A program made the position numbers and the translations under genes. Shown here in pieces: positions 48,903 through 58,907 of a stretch of DNA of 64,000 nt (within the stretch, counting starts at the first letter, position 1; each line of letters begins with the position of its first letter). The DNA is from an uncultured delta proteobacterium (GTDB taxonomy: Bacteria > Desulfobacterota > Binatia > UBA9968). The stretch is from assembly GCA_963804165.1 (NCBI GenBank), contig CAWDPO010000017.1:224001-288000 (forward strand). Direction: 5' to 3'. A model generated the notes under the pieces. That model ran no database searches and had not been told where the DNA came from. It was given only the letters and a program-made list of their open reading frames with translations.

Positions 48903-49880
48903 ATGCGGATGATTTCGCTACGATGTCTGGTGCTGGTCGCTTCGCTGATCTTCCTCGCAGCTGAGCAATCGATAGCGCAAATTGCGTTGCAAAAGGTGCG
49001 CATCGCTTACTCGAGTAGCGGAGTCAATTACATAGATCTGTTTCTCGGCAAGGAGAAGGGCTACTTTCGCGAAGAAGGATTGGAGCCGCAGCTCATTCAG
49101 ATGAGCTCCAACATCGCGATCACGGCTAACATCGCCGGCGAGCTGGACGGTCAGGCAGCCATCGGTAGCGCCATTCGCGCTATCCAACGCGGCGCGCCCC
49201 TGCGGGTCGTGGTGGTTACTTTGCGTCGGCCATTGTTTTGGCTCGTTGTCCGACCGGAGTATCGCTCGGTCAAAGAGCTAAAAGGGAAGGTGCTCGGCAT
49301 TTCCACGATCGGCGGCAGCCAACATCTCAGGGCGAAAGGCATGTTGGCGGCGGGTGGATTGGATACCGAGAAAGATATTACTTCGATTCAAATCAGTGAT
49401 CAGACGATGCAACTGCAAGCCTTGGTCACCAACTCAATTCAAATTACCGCACTGAGCCCGCCATGGGTGGCAGTGGCGCGCGACAAATTCAAGATGAATA
49501 TTCTCGACAGCGCGCTCGAACGTTTCGCGGGCATCGACAGCGGACTCGCCGTTGCTCTCAAGCTCCTGCAAGAGAAGCCCGATCTCGTGAAAAAGATCCT
49601 TCGGGCGCGGGCCAAGGGAAATCGGTTTTATTTGGAAAACGAACGGGAGGGGAGTGAGTACTTGGCACGTCTTTACAAAGTCGACATCAAAACGGCCCTG
49701 GAATCATACCGCGCATCCAAGCCCGCATTTACCAGCACAGGCATCCCGACCGATGACGAGATCAAAGAGCATCTCGCCAATGACGCGCAGTCACTCAAAT
49801 TGTCCGAGTCGCTGCCACCGTCGAAGATCGTTGATTTCAGCCTTCAGCGAGAGGTACTGCGCGAGTTGGGAATCAAATGA
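48903..49880 (+). CDS. NMT1/SsuA-type ABC substrate-binding protein
   Basis: AGGAGG RBS; EKGYFREEGL, ELKGKVLGI; close paralog of 52551. Confidence 0.88.
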   Translation: MRMISLRCLVLVASLIFLAAEQSIAQIALQKVRIAYSSSGVNYIDLFLGKEKGYFREEGLEPQLIQMSSNIAITANIAGELDGQAAIGSAIRAIQRGAPLRVVVVTLRRPLFWLVVRPEYRSVKELKGKVLGISTIGGSQHLRAKGMLAAGGLDTEKDITSIQISDQTMQLQALVTNSIQITALSPPWVAVARDKFKMNILDSALERFAGIDSGLAVALKLLQEKPDLVKKILRARAKGNRFYLENEREGSEYLARLYKVDIKTALESYRASKPAFTSTGIPTDDEIKEHLANDAQSLKLSESLPPSKIVDFSLQREVLRELGIK

Positions 49881-49952
49881 TAGGCGAGAAAGTGGTGATG
49901 GTTGGGCTGCTTTGTTGCGAGTCGGCCGCATCATAGCGATTCGTAGTCCCGC

Positions 49953-50020
49953 AAGTCCCGTCATTCCCGCATGTTTTTAGCGGGAATCCAGGCGAAACCC
50001 TTAAAAAACTCGGCAGTGAC
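49953..50020 (+). repeat. family B CGTC REP, truncated
   Basis: CGTCATTCCCGCATGTTTTTAGCGGGAATCCAGGCG...GTGAC. Confidence 0.7.
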
Positions 50021-50083
50021 AACATTCGAGGAAACCTTTGAGGAATACCTGTAGTTCGGTGCGCGCTGGCTCTCGCGGCCCCG

Positions 50084-51244
50084 TCATGACCACAATTGTC
50101 TAGTGGCGATCTCCGCTCCCTGCGTCATTGCGCGGAACTTCGCCCAAACGACGGTGGGATGGATTTCTGGGGTAAACGTCGCCTGGGAGGAAAATCCGCA
50201 GTCGCTCCCGCCGATCACGTTCTCGCGTCCGACGAGCTTGGCATACTTGACGATCCGCTCCGCGACCAAGTCAGGGTGCTCGACGATGTTGCTGCAATGA
50301 GTAATGACGCCAGGGATCAGGATTTTTCCTGCCGGCAGCTTGGTGTCCTCCCAGAGGCGCCACTCGTGCTCGTGACGCGGATTTGCCGCTTCGAACGAAA
50401 TCGCGTCGGCATTGACCTTCAACATGAGACCGATGATGTCCTTCAGTGCGATGTCGAAGATGCGCGGCCCTTCATTGATACCATAGCACGTGTGATAGCG
50501 GATTTTCTCTGCCGGAATCCCGCGCAGCGCGTGGTTCAGCGCCTCGATGTAAATCTCTGCATCGCGGACCCGCTCGGCGACAGTCAGAGACGGTTCGGTG
50601 CGATAAAGACGCGTGAGCGACGGGTCATCGATTTGCAAAATGAATCCAGCGTCGATAATGGCCAGGTATTCGACTCGGAGCGCCTCGGCCAACGCGTACT
50701 GAAACTCCTCGTCGTTCCCATAGTACTGGTTGCTGAAAAAACCCGGGGCGATGGCCGGCATGAAAACTTCCTGCGGCTGCAGACCATCGAGCGCCGCCTT
50801 TAGATTCTCGATATCGGTTCGCACCGCTTCCTGTCCTTTGTAGGTGATCGGACCGGTGCACGCTACCGGCAGATTTGGGCCGACGCCGCACATGTGTTCG
50901 GCGAAATATTTCTCGTAGTATTCCGGAAAGGCGCGCGCCTCATCGATCTTCATACGCGCGGCGATTCGTGCTTCCGAAGTCGCAACCGGTTCGAAGCCGG
51001 TGAGTCTCTCGACCAAGTAGGCATTGAAGCTCGGTTTACTCTGCTCACCGTCGGTGACGATATCGACACCGCATTTCACTTGCTGGCGCACCATATCAGC
51101 CACGGCGCCGCGGACACGCGCGGCATAAGCTACCTGGTCATATGGCTTGCCGTGCAATTTCGCGTCCATCATTTCGAGAAGATCCTGCGGCCGCGCGAGA
51201 CTGCCGGCGTGGGTGACGAGTATTCGATTCGTGCTTCGTTTCAT
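50084..51244 (-). CDS. cobalamin-independent methionine synthase II (MetE C-terminal-like) family protein
   Basis: THAGSLARP, TDGE, LQIDDP, HTCYG, FEAANPRHEHEW, SDCGF. Confidence 0.9.
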   Translation of the reverse strand: MKRSTNRILVTHAGSLARPQDLLEMMDAKLHGKPYDQVAYAARVRGAVADMVRQQVKCGVDIVTDGEQSKPSFNAYLVERLTGFEPVATSEARIAARMKIDEARAFPEYYEKYFAEHMCGVGPNLPVACTGPITYKGQEAVRTDIENLKAALDGLQPQEVFMPAIAPGFFSNQYYGNDEEFQYALAEALRVEYLAIIDAGFILQIDDPSLTRLYRTEPSLTVAERVRDAEIYIEALNHALRGIPAEKIRYHTCYGINEGPRIFDIALKDIIGLMLKVNADAISFEAANPRHEHEWRLWEDTKLPAGKILIPGVITHCSNIVEHPDLVAERIVKYAKLVGRENVIGGSDCGFSSQATFTPEIHPTVVWAKFRAMTQGAEIATRQLWS

Positions 51245-51263
51245 TTGGCCTCCGATCTGAGAA

Positions 51264-51338
51264 CTGGAGTGCTGGAGTAATGGAGTCGTGGAGTGATGGG
51301 CCGCTAAATCCAATACTCCAGCACTCCATCACTCCAAT
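51264..51338. repeat. 8-nt TGGAGT/ACTCCA tandem repeats forming a long hairpin
   Basis: TGGAGT x4 then ACTCCA x3 between the SBP stop and the MetE-like RBS. Confidence 0.8.
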
Positions 51339-51348
51339 CTTCACGGCT

Positions 51349-52347
51349 TCACCGGTACAGTCCATCGATATATCCCGAACGATCCAACTCTTCGAGCAAA
51401 GTCGTGTCCATAAAGTCCTTCGGATTGGCTGTTTTCGCAGCGGGCGTTCGATCCATGGCATCCTTGATGATCGTTTTGAAACCTTCGATCGATGGATAAG
51501 GCTTGGGTTTAATAATTTCGCGGAGCGTTTGGTAGGCGTCCTCGAGCTGCTTTTCGTCTTTGGTTTGACGATATTTCGCGAGGGCCCGCTTGGTGAGGCT
51601 CGGATTGGTTCTGACGGCGTGAATGGCTTCTACAAAGGCTTTCAAGAAACGTCTGGCGAGATCGCGGTTTCGCACGAGCAAACGCTGGGTGGTGACCAGC
51701 CCGGTTCCCTGATACGGAACATTCAGGTCGCGCAGGTTGAGTAAAATCTTCATGCCGCCTCGTAGCGCTTGAAGGTGGTCGGGCGGGGAGAGGAGGCTGG
51801 CATCAATGGAACCGCCGTGAAGTGCGATCAACCGTTCCGGCGTATCGCCAACTTGAAGAAAAGTGACGTCTCTCTCGCCCATGCCGTATCTCGGCAGCAC
51901 GTTCAGCAAGCGAAGGTGCGATGCCGATCCGAAACGGAAAACGCCGACGCGCTTGCCTTTGAGTTCCTCCACGGCATTGATATTGGGTCGGACGACGAGC
52001 CGGTCGTTGAGGATGTCTTGGACGCCGGCGAGCATCACAGGATCGGCGCCCTGTAACCGGGCCGAGAACATGAGCGAGCCCGTCATCTGGCCAAATTCAA
52101 CTTCGCCGGCGATCAGGGTTTCAATCGCGGCGCGCGTGTAGACGATTTCCGCGTTGATACCATTCTTACCGAAAAGCCCGCCTACGTCCGCGACCCACAA
52201 CACTCCTTGTGTGGGAGAAACGGCGGAGAACGCTACGCGTGTCTTGTCGGCGCTGAGAGCGGATGTCTGGACAAGACAAAGCAAGAGCGCGCCGCTTAAG
52301 AGGAAAGGCATGCTCAATGAATGACCTGGTCTTGTGGGTATCACCAA
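51349..52347 (-). CDS. NMT1/SsuA-type ABC substrate-binding protein
   Basis: Signal peptide; ELKGKRVGVFRFGSAS, SLLSPP, PYPS.EG. Confidence 0.88.
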   Translation of the reverse strand: MVIPTRPGHSLSMPFLLSGALLLCLVQTSALSADKTRVAFSAVSPTQGVLWVADVGGLFGKNGINAEIVYTRAAIETLIAGEVEFGQMTGSLMFSARLQGADPVMLAGVQDILNDRLVVRPNINAVEELKGKRVGVFRFGSASHLRLLNVLPRYGMGERDVTFLQVGDTPERLIALHGGSIDASLLSPPDHLQALRGGMKILLNLRDLNVPYQGTGLVTTQRLLVRNRDLARRFLKAFVEAIHAVRTNPSLTKRALAKYRQTKDEKQLEDAYQTLREIIKPKPYPSIEGFKTIIKDAMDRTPAAKTANPKDFMDTTLLEELDRSGYIDGLYR

Positions 52348-52550
52348 GCTCCCCCATTCTGATCCGCGCTGGTTAAATATTTCAATGGCTCGCTGGAAGA
52401 TAGGAAACTTCGGCAGCGGGCGTCAAGCGGTTTATTAGCCGCCCAGAATGTTTCGCGACATCGACTTACCTCGTGCGGCGCAATGAGTTTGACATCACGG
52501 TTGCCAATTCACTACTCTCACCGCGGTGCCCGTCTACGGAGAGCGAACCA

Positions 52551-53558
52551 ATGAAAACAAAGCACACGAGGAGCGTCGATTCGCGGTGCGAGATGACCGT
52601 GTTGACAGTAGCGCTGATCGGCATTTTGATTCTAGTGGATCTCGCCGGTGCCCAAGCGCCGGCACAAAAGCTCAGCATCAGCATGTCGAGCACCGGCATG
52701 CCGTCGATCGAGCTCTTCATTGCGCGGGAGAAGAATTTTTTCCGCGAAGAAGGTTTCGAGCCGCAGCTGATCCGCATGAGCGCCAACGCAGCGATCGCCG
52801 CCGGCGTCGCCGGCGAGCTGGACGCGCTTGGGTCAGTGGGGAGTGCGGTGCGCGCAATCATGCGCGGCGTGCCGCTCAGGATTCTCTCTGTCGATCTGCG
52901 TCGTCCGATCTTTTGGTTGGTGTCACGGGGTGAATTCCGCACGGCGAAGGAACTCAAAGGTAAGCATCTCGGCATCGCCACCATCAACGGCAGCCAGCAT
53001 TCGGCAGCGCGAAAAATGCTCGCCATTCACGGCGTCGACTCGGACAAGGACCTGACGTTTGTGCAAGTGGGCGATGAAAGCGCTCAACTCCAAGCGATGG
53101 TCAGCAACTCGATCCAAGTTGCCGCGCTGACGCCGCCTTATGTTTTTCTGGGACGCGACAAATTCAAAATGAACGTCCTGGAAAGCTCCATCGATAAGTT
53201 CGCGAGTATCCAACAGGGCATCGGCGTACAGGTAAAAACATTTCAGGACAATCCGGATTGGCTGCGCAGGTTGCTACGCGTGAAGGCGAAGGCCGGACGA
53301 TTTTTCCACGAGAACGAAAAAGAGACGGCAGAGATCCTGGCGCGAACGTGGAAAACCGATGTGGCGACGGCGACGGAATGGTACCGGCGCTGCAAGCCGG
53401 CGTTCACGCCGACCGGGATTCCGACTGACGATGAGATCAAGGAGTTTCTCGCAGACGAAGCTCAGGCGCTGAAGCTAGGCGAAACTGTCGCGCCATCGAA
53501 AGTGTTCGATTTTAGTTTGCAGAGAGCCGTGAATCGAGAGTTGGGGATCAAGGGGTGA
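52551..53558 (+). CDS. NMT1/SsuA-type ABC substrate-binding protein
   Basis: GGAG RBS; EKNFFREEGF, ELKGKHLGI, ALTPP. Confidence 0.88.
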   Translation: MKTKHTRSVDSRCEMTVLTVALIGILILVDLAGAQAPAQKLSISMSSTGMPSIELFIAREKNFFREEGFEPQLIRMSANAAIAAGVAGELDALGSVGSAVRAIMRGVPLRILSVDLRRPIFWLVSRGEFRTAKELKGKHLGIATINGSQHSAARKMLAIHGVDSDKDLTFVQVGDESAQLQAMVSNSIQVAALTPPYVFLGRDKFKMNVLESSIDKFASIQQGIGVQVKTFQDNPDWLRRLLRVKAKAGRFFHENEKETAEILARTWKTDVATATEWYRRCKPAFTPTGIPTDDEIKEFLADEAQALKLGETVAPSKVFDFSLQRAVNRELGIKG

Positions 53559-53566
53559 ATAGGACG

Positions 53567-53638
53567 GTTCAACGTTCAAGGGTCCAAAGTTCAAGCTTTC
53601 AAATCGTTTAAACGGTTCAAGTTGTTGAAATCGTTCAA
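53567..53638 (+). repeat. GTTCAA short tandem repeat tract (also 54797-54825, 58817-58857, 60038-60093)
   Basis: 7-9-nt periodic GTTCAA units starting 5-8 nt after stop codons. Confidence 0.8.
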
Positions 53639-53660
53639 GGGAAGGGAAGTGACGGGAGTT

Positions 53661-54791
53661 ATGGCGAGGCAGTTTCGAGCGGACAATCTTGGTAGTCTGC
53701 TGCGGCCGCCGGAGCTTATTGAGGCGCGCGTGGCGCACCGGGAAGGACGGATCGATGTTGAGCAGCTGCGCGAGATCGAGAACCGTTCGATCCGGGCCGC
53801 GCTGGAAATGCAAAAAGCCGCCGGCGTTGATGTCTTCACTGACGGCGAATATCGGCGCGGCAACTTCATGGCCGATTTCACGAACACGCTTGACGGCATG
53901 GTGCCGAGCGAAACGATCATGGCGCCAATCTGGCGCGGGGCAAATCGCGAACTAGCGAGCCAGTTTCGCCGCTCTGACGGTGAAACAGTCGTCGGTGCCA
54001 GGCTGCGGAAAAAGACCCCTGGGGTTTTTGTCAGTGAGGCAACATTTTTGAAGCAGCATGCGCCGGGGTTGTTCAAAGTCTGTGTTCCGAGCGTCGTGCA
54101 ATTCGCCGACAGCAAATACAAACCTGGAGTGACTGATAAAATTTATCCGACGCGGCGCGCCATGGTGCAGGATTTCTCGGCGCTGCTGCGCGACGAAGTT
54201 CAAGGACTCCTGGATACGGGAACGAGTTACGTTCAACTCGACGGACCGTCGTATTTGACGCATTTGATGGACGAGCGGCGGCGTCAGCAACTGCGCGGTA
54301 TGGGCGCTGATCCGGATGAAATCCTCGATGAGGTGATCGCCGGCGATAACGCGCTCATTCAAGGGCTTCGCCGCAGTGCGGAGACGGTCATCGGCATTCA
54401 CTTCTGCCGCGGCAATAACCGCAGCTCTTGGAGCGCCGAGGGAAGCTACGAGGTTATCGCTGAGAAGACTTTCGGATCATTACAAGCCGATAGATTTCTC
54501 ATGGAGTACGACTCGGAGCGCGCCGGAGGCTTTGAGCCGCTGCGCTTTGTGCCCAAGGGTAAGACCGTCGTGCTTGGCTTGATCACGACCAAAGAGCCGG
54601 AACTGGAATCGGAAGAACTGCTCTGCCGCCGTATCGACGAGGCTGCCCGATATGTTCCACTCGAAAACCTCGCACTCAGCACCCAGTGCGGCTTCGCTTC
54701 GACGCTGCTGGGAAATTTGATTTCGGCGGATGACATGAGTCGAAAGCTTGAGCTGGTGGCGAGAGTCGCGCGGAAGGTTTGGGGGAACTAG
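53661..54791 (+). CDS. MetE C-terminal-like (methionine synthase II) family protein
   Basis: RADNLGSLLRP, TDGEYRR, HFCRGN, MEYD, STQCGFAS. Confidence 0.92.
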   Translation: MARQFRADNLGSLLRPPELIEARVAHREGRIDVEQLREIENRSIRAALEMQKAAGVDVFTDGEYRRGNFMADFTNTLDGMVPSETIMAPIWRGANRELASQFRRSDGETVVGARLRKKTPGVFVSEATFLKQHAPGLFKVCVPSVVQFADSKYKPGVTDKIYPTRRAMVQDFSALLRDEVQGLLDTGTSYVQLDGPSYLTHLMDERRRQQLRGMGADPDEILDEVIAGDNALIQGLRRSAETVIGIHFCRGNNRSSWSAEGSYEVIAEKTFGSLQADRFLMEYDSERAGGFEPLRFVPKGKTVVLGLITTKEPELESEELLCRRIDEAARYVPLENLALSTQCGFASTLLGNLISADDMSRKLELVARVARKVWGN

Positions 54792-54847
54792 GATAGGTTC
54801 AACGTTCAAGGGTTCAAGGTTCAAAGTTTTCGATCTCTGAGACTCAA

Positions 54848-55042
54848 TTTCCCGTAGCTTGCTGCGTTAGGGAAATTGCTTCGAGGTCCGTCATTCCCGC
54901 ACGTTTTAAGCGGTGGTTCGACCGCGCTCACCACAGGCGAATTCGGAACTGGAGCCCGCAATAAAAACATTCGGGGGTGACAGCCTTAAACAAGTTTAAT
55001 CGCCGAGTGCTGATACTCGCAGCTTGTTGCGGGTTATTCGTT
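54848..55042 (+). mobile_element. family B element with an inserted 24-bp micro-element (54914-54937)
   Basis: CCCGTAGCTTGCTGCG ... CGTCATTCCCGC..GCGG[TGGTTCGACCGCGCTCACCAC]AGG ... GATACTCGCAGCTTGTTGCGGG. Confidence 0.65.
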
Positions 55043-55485
55043 CGTTATAGAAGCTCCAACGTTCAGCCAGTCCAATGAAAACTGGAATTGTTGTCGGTTT
55101 GCTCATTTATTCATTGCTGAAATTTTTGCGGATTCAGGCTTCGCCCAGTCGAGCCGGAATAAAATTTGTCTGTCGCTGTCCTCCACGACGCCGTTGCTCG
55201 TGAAAGTGCCGATTACATCGTCTTAGATGCGAGCCTCCAGGTCTCGTTTCACGTCCGAAAACTTCGCGAGCGACGCACCCGCCGTGCTCGGCTCCGGTGC
55301 TGTCGATGTTTTTGGACGAGTCGATTTTTGTTTCAAACGCAGTTTAATTCGGAACTGAAACATCAAAAATCGGTCTCGGTGCTTGATATTGCCCGGATTG
55401 TGATTTTCACTGATTTGAGAACCAGGCATAGCGCAGTGTGGGGAAGTCGGGCAAGACTTAAAATTGAGCGTGTCGAGGAGCTAAT

Positions 55486-55893
55486 ATGCAAAGCGATGAA
55501 CAAGAGATTCGTCAACTAGTCACGACCTGGATGGCAGCGACCAAAGCAGGCGATGTCGAAACCGTCCTGAGCTTGATGGCGGAGGACGTTGTGTTTCTGT
55601 TGCCTGGACAACCACCCATGATGGGAAAGTCCGCTTTCGCCTCAGCAGCGCGAGCTCAATCGAACCAGGGACCGGTCCAGTTCGATGGCACGAGCGAGAT
55701 TCAAGAGATCAAAGTTTTAGGTGACTGGGCGTTCATGTGGACCAAGTTGACGGTCGTGGCGACTCCGCCTGGCGGCGCCCCGCCGATGACGCGGGCGGGG
55801 CACACGCTTTCGATCCTAAAAAAGCAAAACGGGAAATGGGTGCTGGCGCGGGACGCCAACATGCTGGCCCCCGTGTCAAAGCCCGGCGCATGA
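55486..55893 (+). CDS. NTF2-like SgcJ/EcaC (DUF4440) family protein
   Basis: GAGGAG RBS; DEQEIRQLV..GDVETVLSLMAEDVVF, GDWAF, GKWVLARD. Confidence 0.88.
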   Translation: MQSDEQEIRQLVTTWMAATKAGDVETVLSLMAEDVVFLLPGQPPMMGKSAFASAARAQSNQGPVQFDGTSEIQEIKVLGDWAFMWTKLTVVATPPGGAPPMTRAGHTLSILKKQNGKWVLARDANMLAPVSKPGA

Positions 55894-55935
55894 CGCTGGC
55901 AAGATCTTCCACGCGCCTCCTTTTTCAGAGGAGAG

Positions 55936-55975
55936 AATCTTCCCCTCTTTAAGAAAGAGGGGAAAGGGGAGATTT
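55936..55975. repeat. CCCCTCTTT-nnn-AAAGAGGGG palindromic repeat
   Basis: 11-bp perfect stem 55940-55964 followed by GGGGAGATTT. Confidence 0.65.
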
Positions 55976-56031
55976 TTCGGACACAATGACGCGAAACTAG
56001 TCCACCGCAGGCAAGTCTTCACTTGATTACG

Positions 56032-56473
56032 ATGTGGAGGGAAATCTTACTCTGGCTGTTCGTGATCAATCTCGGCATCGCATTGGAGCGGGGATCTATG
56101 AGGCCAGGGTTGTGATTCCTGGGCCCCAGCATGGCCAAACACCGGGCTCATGTTCTGGGTTTACGCGACCACCGTACCGCTTACTCTGCTAACAATCGCC
56201 AACCTCATTGCTGCCTGGTCGACTCATGGGCCGATGCGTTTCTGGCACCTTACGGCGGTTTGCATCGTTATCGTCGAACGGTTAGCTACGTTTTCCTACT
56301 TTATCCCGACGATGGTGCGGTTGATGAGCACAGACGGCGTAACGGATGCTGAGGTCAAAGCGGCGCTCTCGCAATGGCTTTTTATGAACAACGGGCGTCA
56401 CGTGCTTACGCTAACCGGTTGGCTTGCAGCGTTGAAGGCGCTCTCCTTGTCCGGGAGCCGTGGCTCTGCTTGA
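56032..56473 (+). pseudogene. DUF1772/anthrone-oxygenase-like membrane protein with indels near 56083 and ~56128
   Basis: LLWLFVINLGIA(F)GAGIYEARVVIP in changing frames, then FWVYATTVPLTLL..TFSYFIPTM. Confidence 0.6.
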
Positions 56474-56536
56474 CGAATTCCTCTTCGCCTTGAATTGAGA
56501 CATCCGATTCTGTCGGCACGACGCTCTGCAGTCGCG

Positions 56537-57524
56537 TCAATAAGTCGAGATCGGCCGAAACGTCCTTTGGCCACGCTCTCGTCCAAAATCTCTCTTTTTC
56601 GCCTTTTGCCTCGACTTAGGTGCTCTGGAATGCCCGAACCAATCAGCGAGAAAGTCGACAAAGGTGCGCACCCGCTCGGGAACCCGCCTCGTGGGCGGAT
56701 AGACCACGTAGATCGGCCGCTGCGGCGGTGAATAATTTGGAAGCAGCTTGAGCAGCGCGCCGCTCTTCAGATCGTCTTCGATGCAGTAAAGCGGAAGGTA
56801 GCCGATGCCGAGGCCCGCAAGCGCCGCCTTGCGCAGCACGAGTGCGCTATTCGACGAAAACGTGCCGCTGATTTTTACCGAGATGACGTGGTCCGAACTG
56901 TGCAGACGCCAGGCGCGATCGTTGGGATCGAGATTGACGTGGGCCAAGCACAAGTGTTTGGTGAGATCCGCCGGCGTCTTCGGTTCACGGTGGCGATCGA
57001 GATATTTCGATGACGCGCACACTACCCACTGAAGCGTTGCGATCTTGCGGCCGATCAGAGTCGAGTCGGGGAGATCGCCCAATCGCACGGCCACATCAAG
57101 CCCCTGATCAACGAAATCGTAGGCGCGAAAGGAATAGTCTTCGAGGATAAGGCTTAGCTTGAATATTCGGATATCGCGCGGAAAAACTCACCACGGCGTC
57201 GGAGAGATAGAGCGTGCCAAATGATTTTGGCGCGGTCACTTTTAGCGAGCCGCGCGGCTCTTTCTGCAGCTGGGCGATCGATGATTCCTGCTCGCTCATT
57301 TCCGTCAACATGCGCTGGCAAAATTCCAGATAGTTAGCGCCGGCTTCTGTCAATGTCAGGGATCTTGTCGTCCGGTTGAGCAAACGCACTGCCAAGCGAT
57401 TCTCCAAATCGGTGACATGGAGGGACACCAGCGAACGCGAAATGCCCAGTTGCTTGGCCGCGGCGGAAAAACTTCCCGCGGTAGCGACTCGGACAAAGCT
57501 ATCTATGGTTCTAAAGCGATCCAT
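56537..57524 (-). CDS. LysR family regulator (CrgA/DmlR-like), +1 frameshift ~57160
   Basis: GSFSAAAKQLG..LLNRTTRSLTLTEAG; DVAVRLG, GLGIGYLP, RVRTFVDFL. Confidence 0.9.
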
Positions 57525-57536
57525 GGCTCGACATTA

Positions 57537-57557
57537 TTGTTTAGCGATGTTCAACAA
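57537..57557. promoter_or_regulatory. LysR-type binding site (T-N11-A dyad)
   Basis: TTGTT-N11-AACAA between divergent lysR and MetE-like genes. Confidence 0.6.
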
Positions 57558-57647
57558 AGTGTTTACCATTTGTCGGCTTGTCGGAGCAACTGATGCTGCA
57601 TATAGCAGCAGGTAGAAGGCGTTCACGCGCTTCCCCGGAGGAATTAA

Positions 57648-58808
57648 ATGATGGCGGAATTATCAAAGGAGCCTCTTGCACAAATTCGCACAGATGTTGT
57701 CGGGAGTCTGCTTCGCCCCAAGCGGATTAAAGAGGCCTATGCGGAACGTGACCTAGGCAAGACTTCCGCCGAAGAGTTACGGCGGGTCGAAGACGACTCC
57801 ATCCGTGAAGCGGTGCGGTTTCAAGAGGAGATCGGACTGGATGTCGTTACCGACGGCGAATATCGCCGCTTAAATTTCCAGGACAGCTTCGCGGCTTCGG
57901 TGAGCGGCTTCGACGCGCGCGCGGTCAATCTTTCGTTCATGGAAAGCCTGTCGCGCGAGGGGAAGCCGCTGCAGCGCTGGGATCCTTATCACGTGGCGGA
58001 TGGAGCGGCGATTTTGCAGCGCCGGCCGGTGTCGCAAAAACTCCGCCTCGCGCGCAATCTGCCGCTTGAAGAATATCGCTTCGTCAGCAGCGTGGCGCGA
58101 AAGCCGGCCAAGGTCACTTTAGTCGGCCCGGATCGGATTACCCAGCGCTTCGACTATCAAAATTCCAAGTCGGTTTACTGGAGCACGGAGGACTTTGTGG
58201 CCGACGTGGTACGCATCGAGCGCGAGATGATTCGCAGTCTGATCGACGCCGGGTGCCGGTATATTCAAATCGACGCGCCAAGCTACACCGCCTACGTCGA
58301 TGCACCGTCGCTCAATGAGATGAAAGAGCGCGGCGAAGATCCGATGAAAAATCTCATGCGCTCGATCAAGGCCGATAATGAGATCTTGCGTCTCTTCGAT
58401 GGCGTGACGTTCGGGATTCATTTGTGCCGCGGCAACCAGCGCAGCATGTGGCATCGAGAGGGGACCTATGACGAGATCGCGGAGAGGCTTTTCAATGAAC
58501 TGCGCCATGACCGTCTTCTGCTCGAATACGACAGCCCGCGCGCCGGGACCTTCGAGCCGCTCCGTTTTGTGCCGAAGGATAAGATCGTAGTTTTGGGATT
58601 GGTGAGCACCAAGATACCGGAAATCGAAAAGGTAGACGATCTCAAGCGTCGTATCGAGACAGCATGCAAGTATATTCCCTTGGAACAGCTGGCCATCAGC
58701 CCGCAGTGCGGCTTTGCCTCGGACGTGGTCGGTAATCTCATCAGCGAGGACGATCAGAAAAGGAAATTAGAAGTCGTGGTGGAAACCGCGCGGCAGGTTT
58801 GGGGATGA
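57648..58808 (+). CDS. MetE C-terminal-like family protein
   Basis: DVVGSLLRP, TDGEYRR, HLCRGN, LEYD, SPQCGFAS. Confidence 0.92.
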   Translation: MMAELSKEPLAQIRTDVVGSLLRPKRIKEAYAERDLGKTSAEELRRVEDDSIREAVRFQEEIGLDVVTDGEYRRLNFQDSFAASVSGFDARAVNLSFMESLSREGKPLQRWDPYHVADGAAILQRRPVSQKLRLARNLPLEEYRFVSSVARKPAKVTLVGPDRITQRFDYQNSKSVYWSTEDFVADVVRIEREMIRSLIDAGCRYIQIDAPSYTAYVDAPSLNEMKERGEDPMKNLMRSIKADNEILRLFDGVTFGIHLCRGNQRSMWHREGTYDEIAERLFNELRHDRLLLEYDSPRAGTFEPLRFVPKDKIVVLGLVSTKIPEIEKVDDLKRRIETACKYIPLEQLAISPQCGFASDVVGNLISEDDQKRKLEVVVETARQVWG

Positions 58809-58907
58809 TTTTGGTCGTTCAAGGTTCAAGGGTTCAAAAGTTCAAGGCAGATTCAAAGCGCTGAATGTGTTTGACGGTAGCATCGATTCTTTGGCTCTGG
58901 GAATTAT

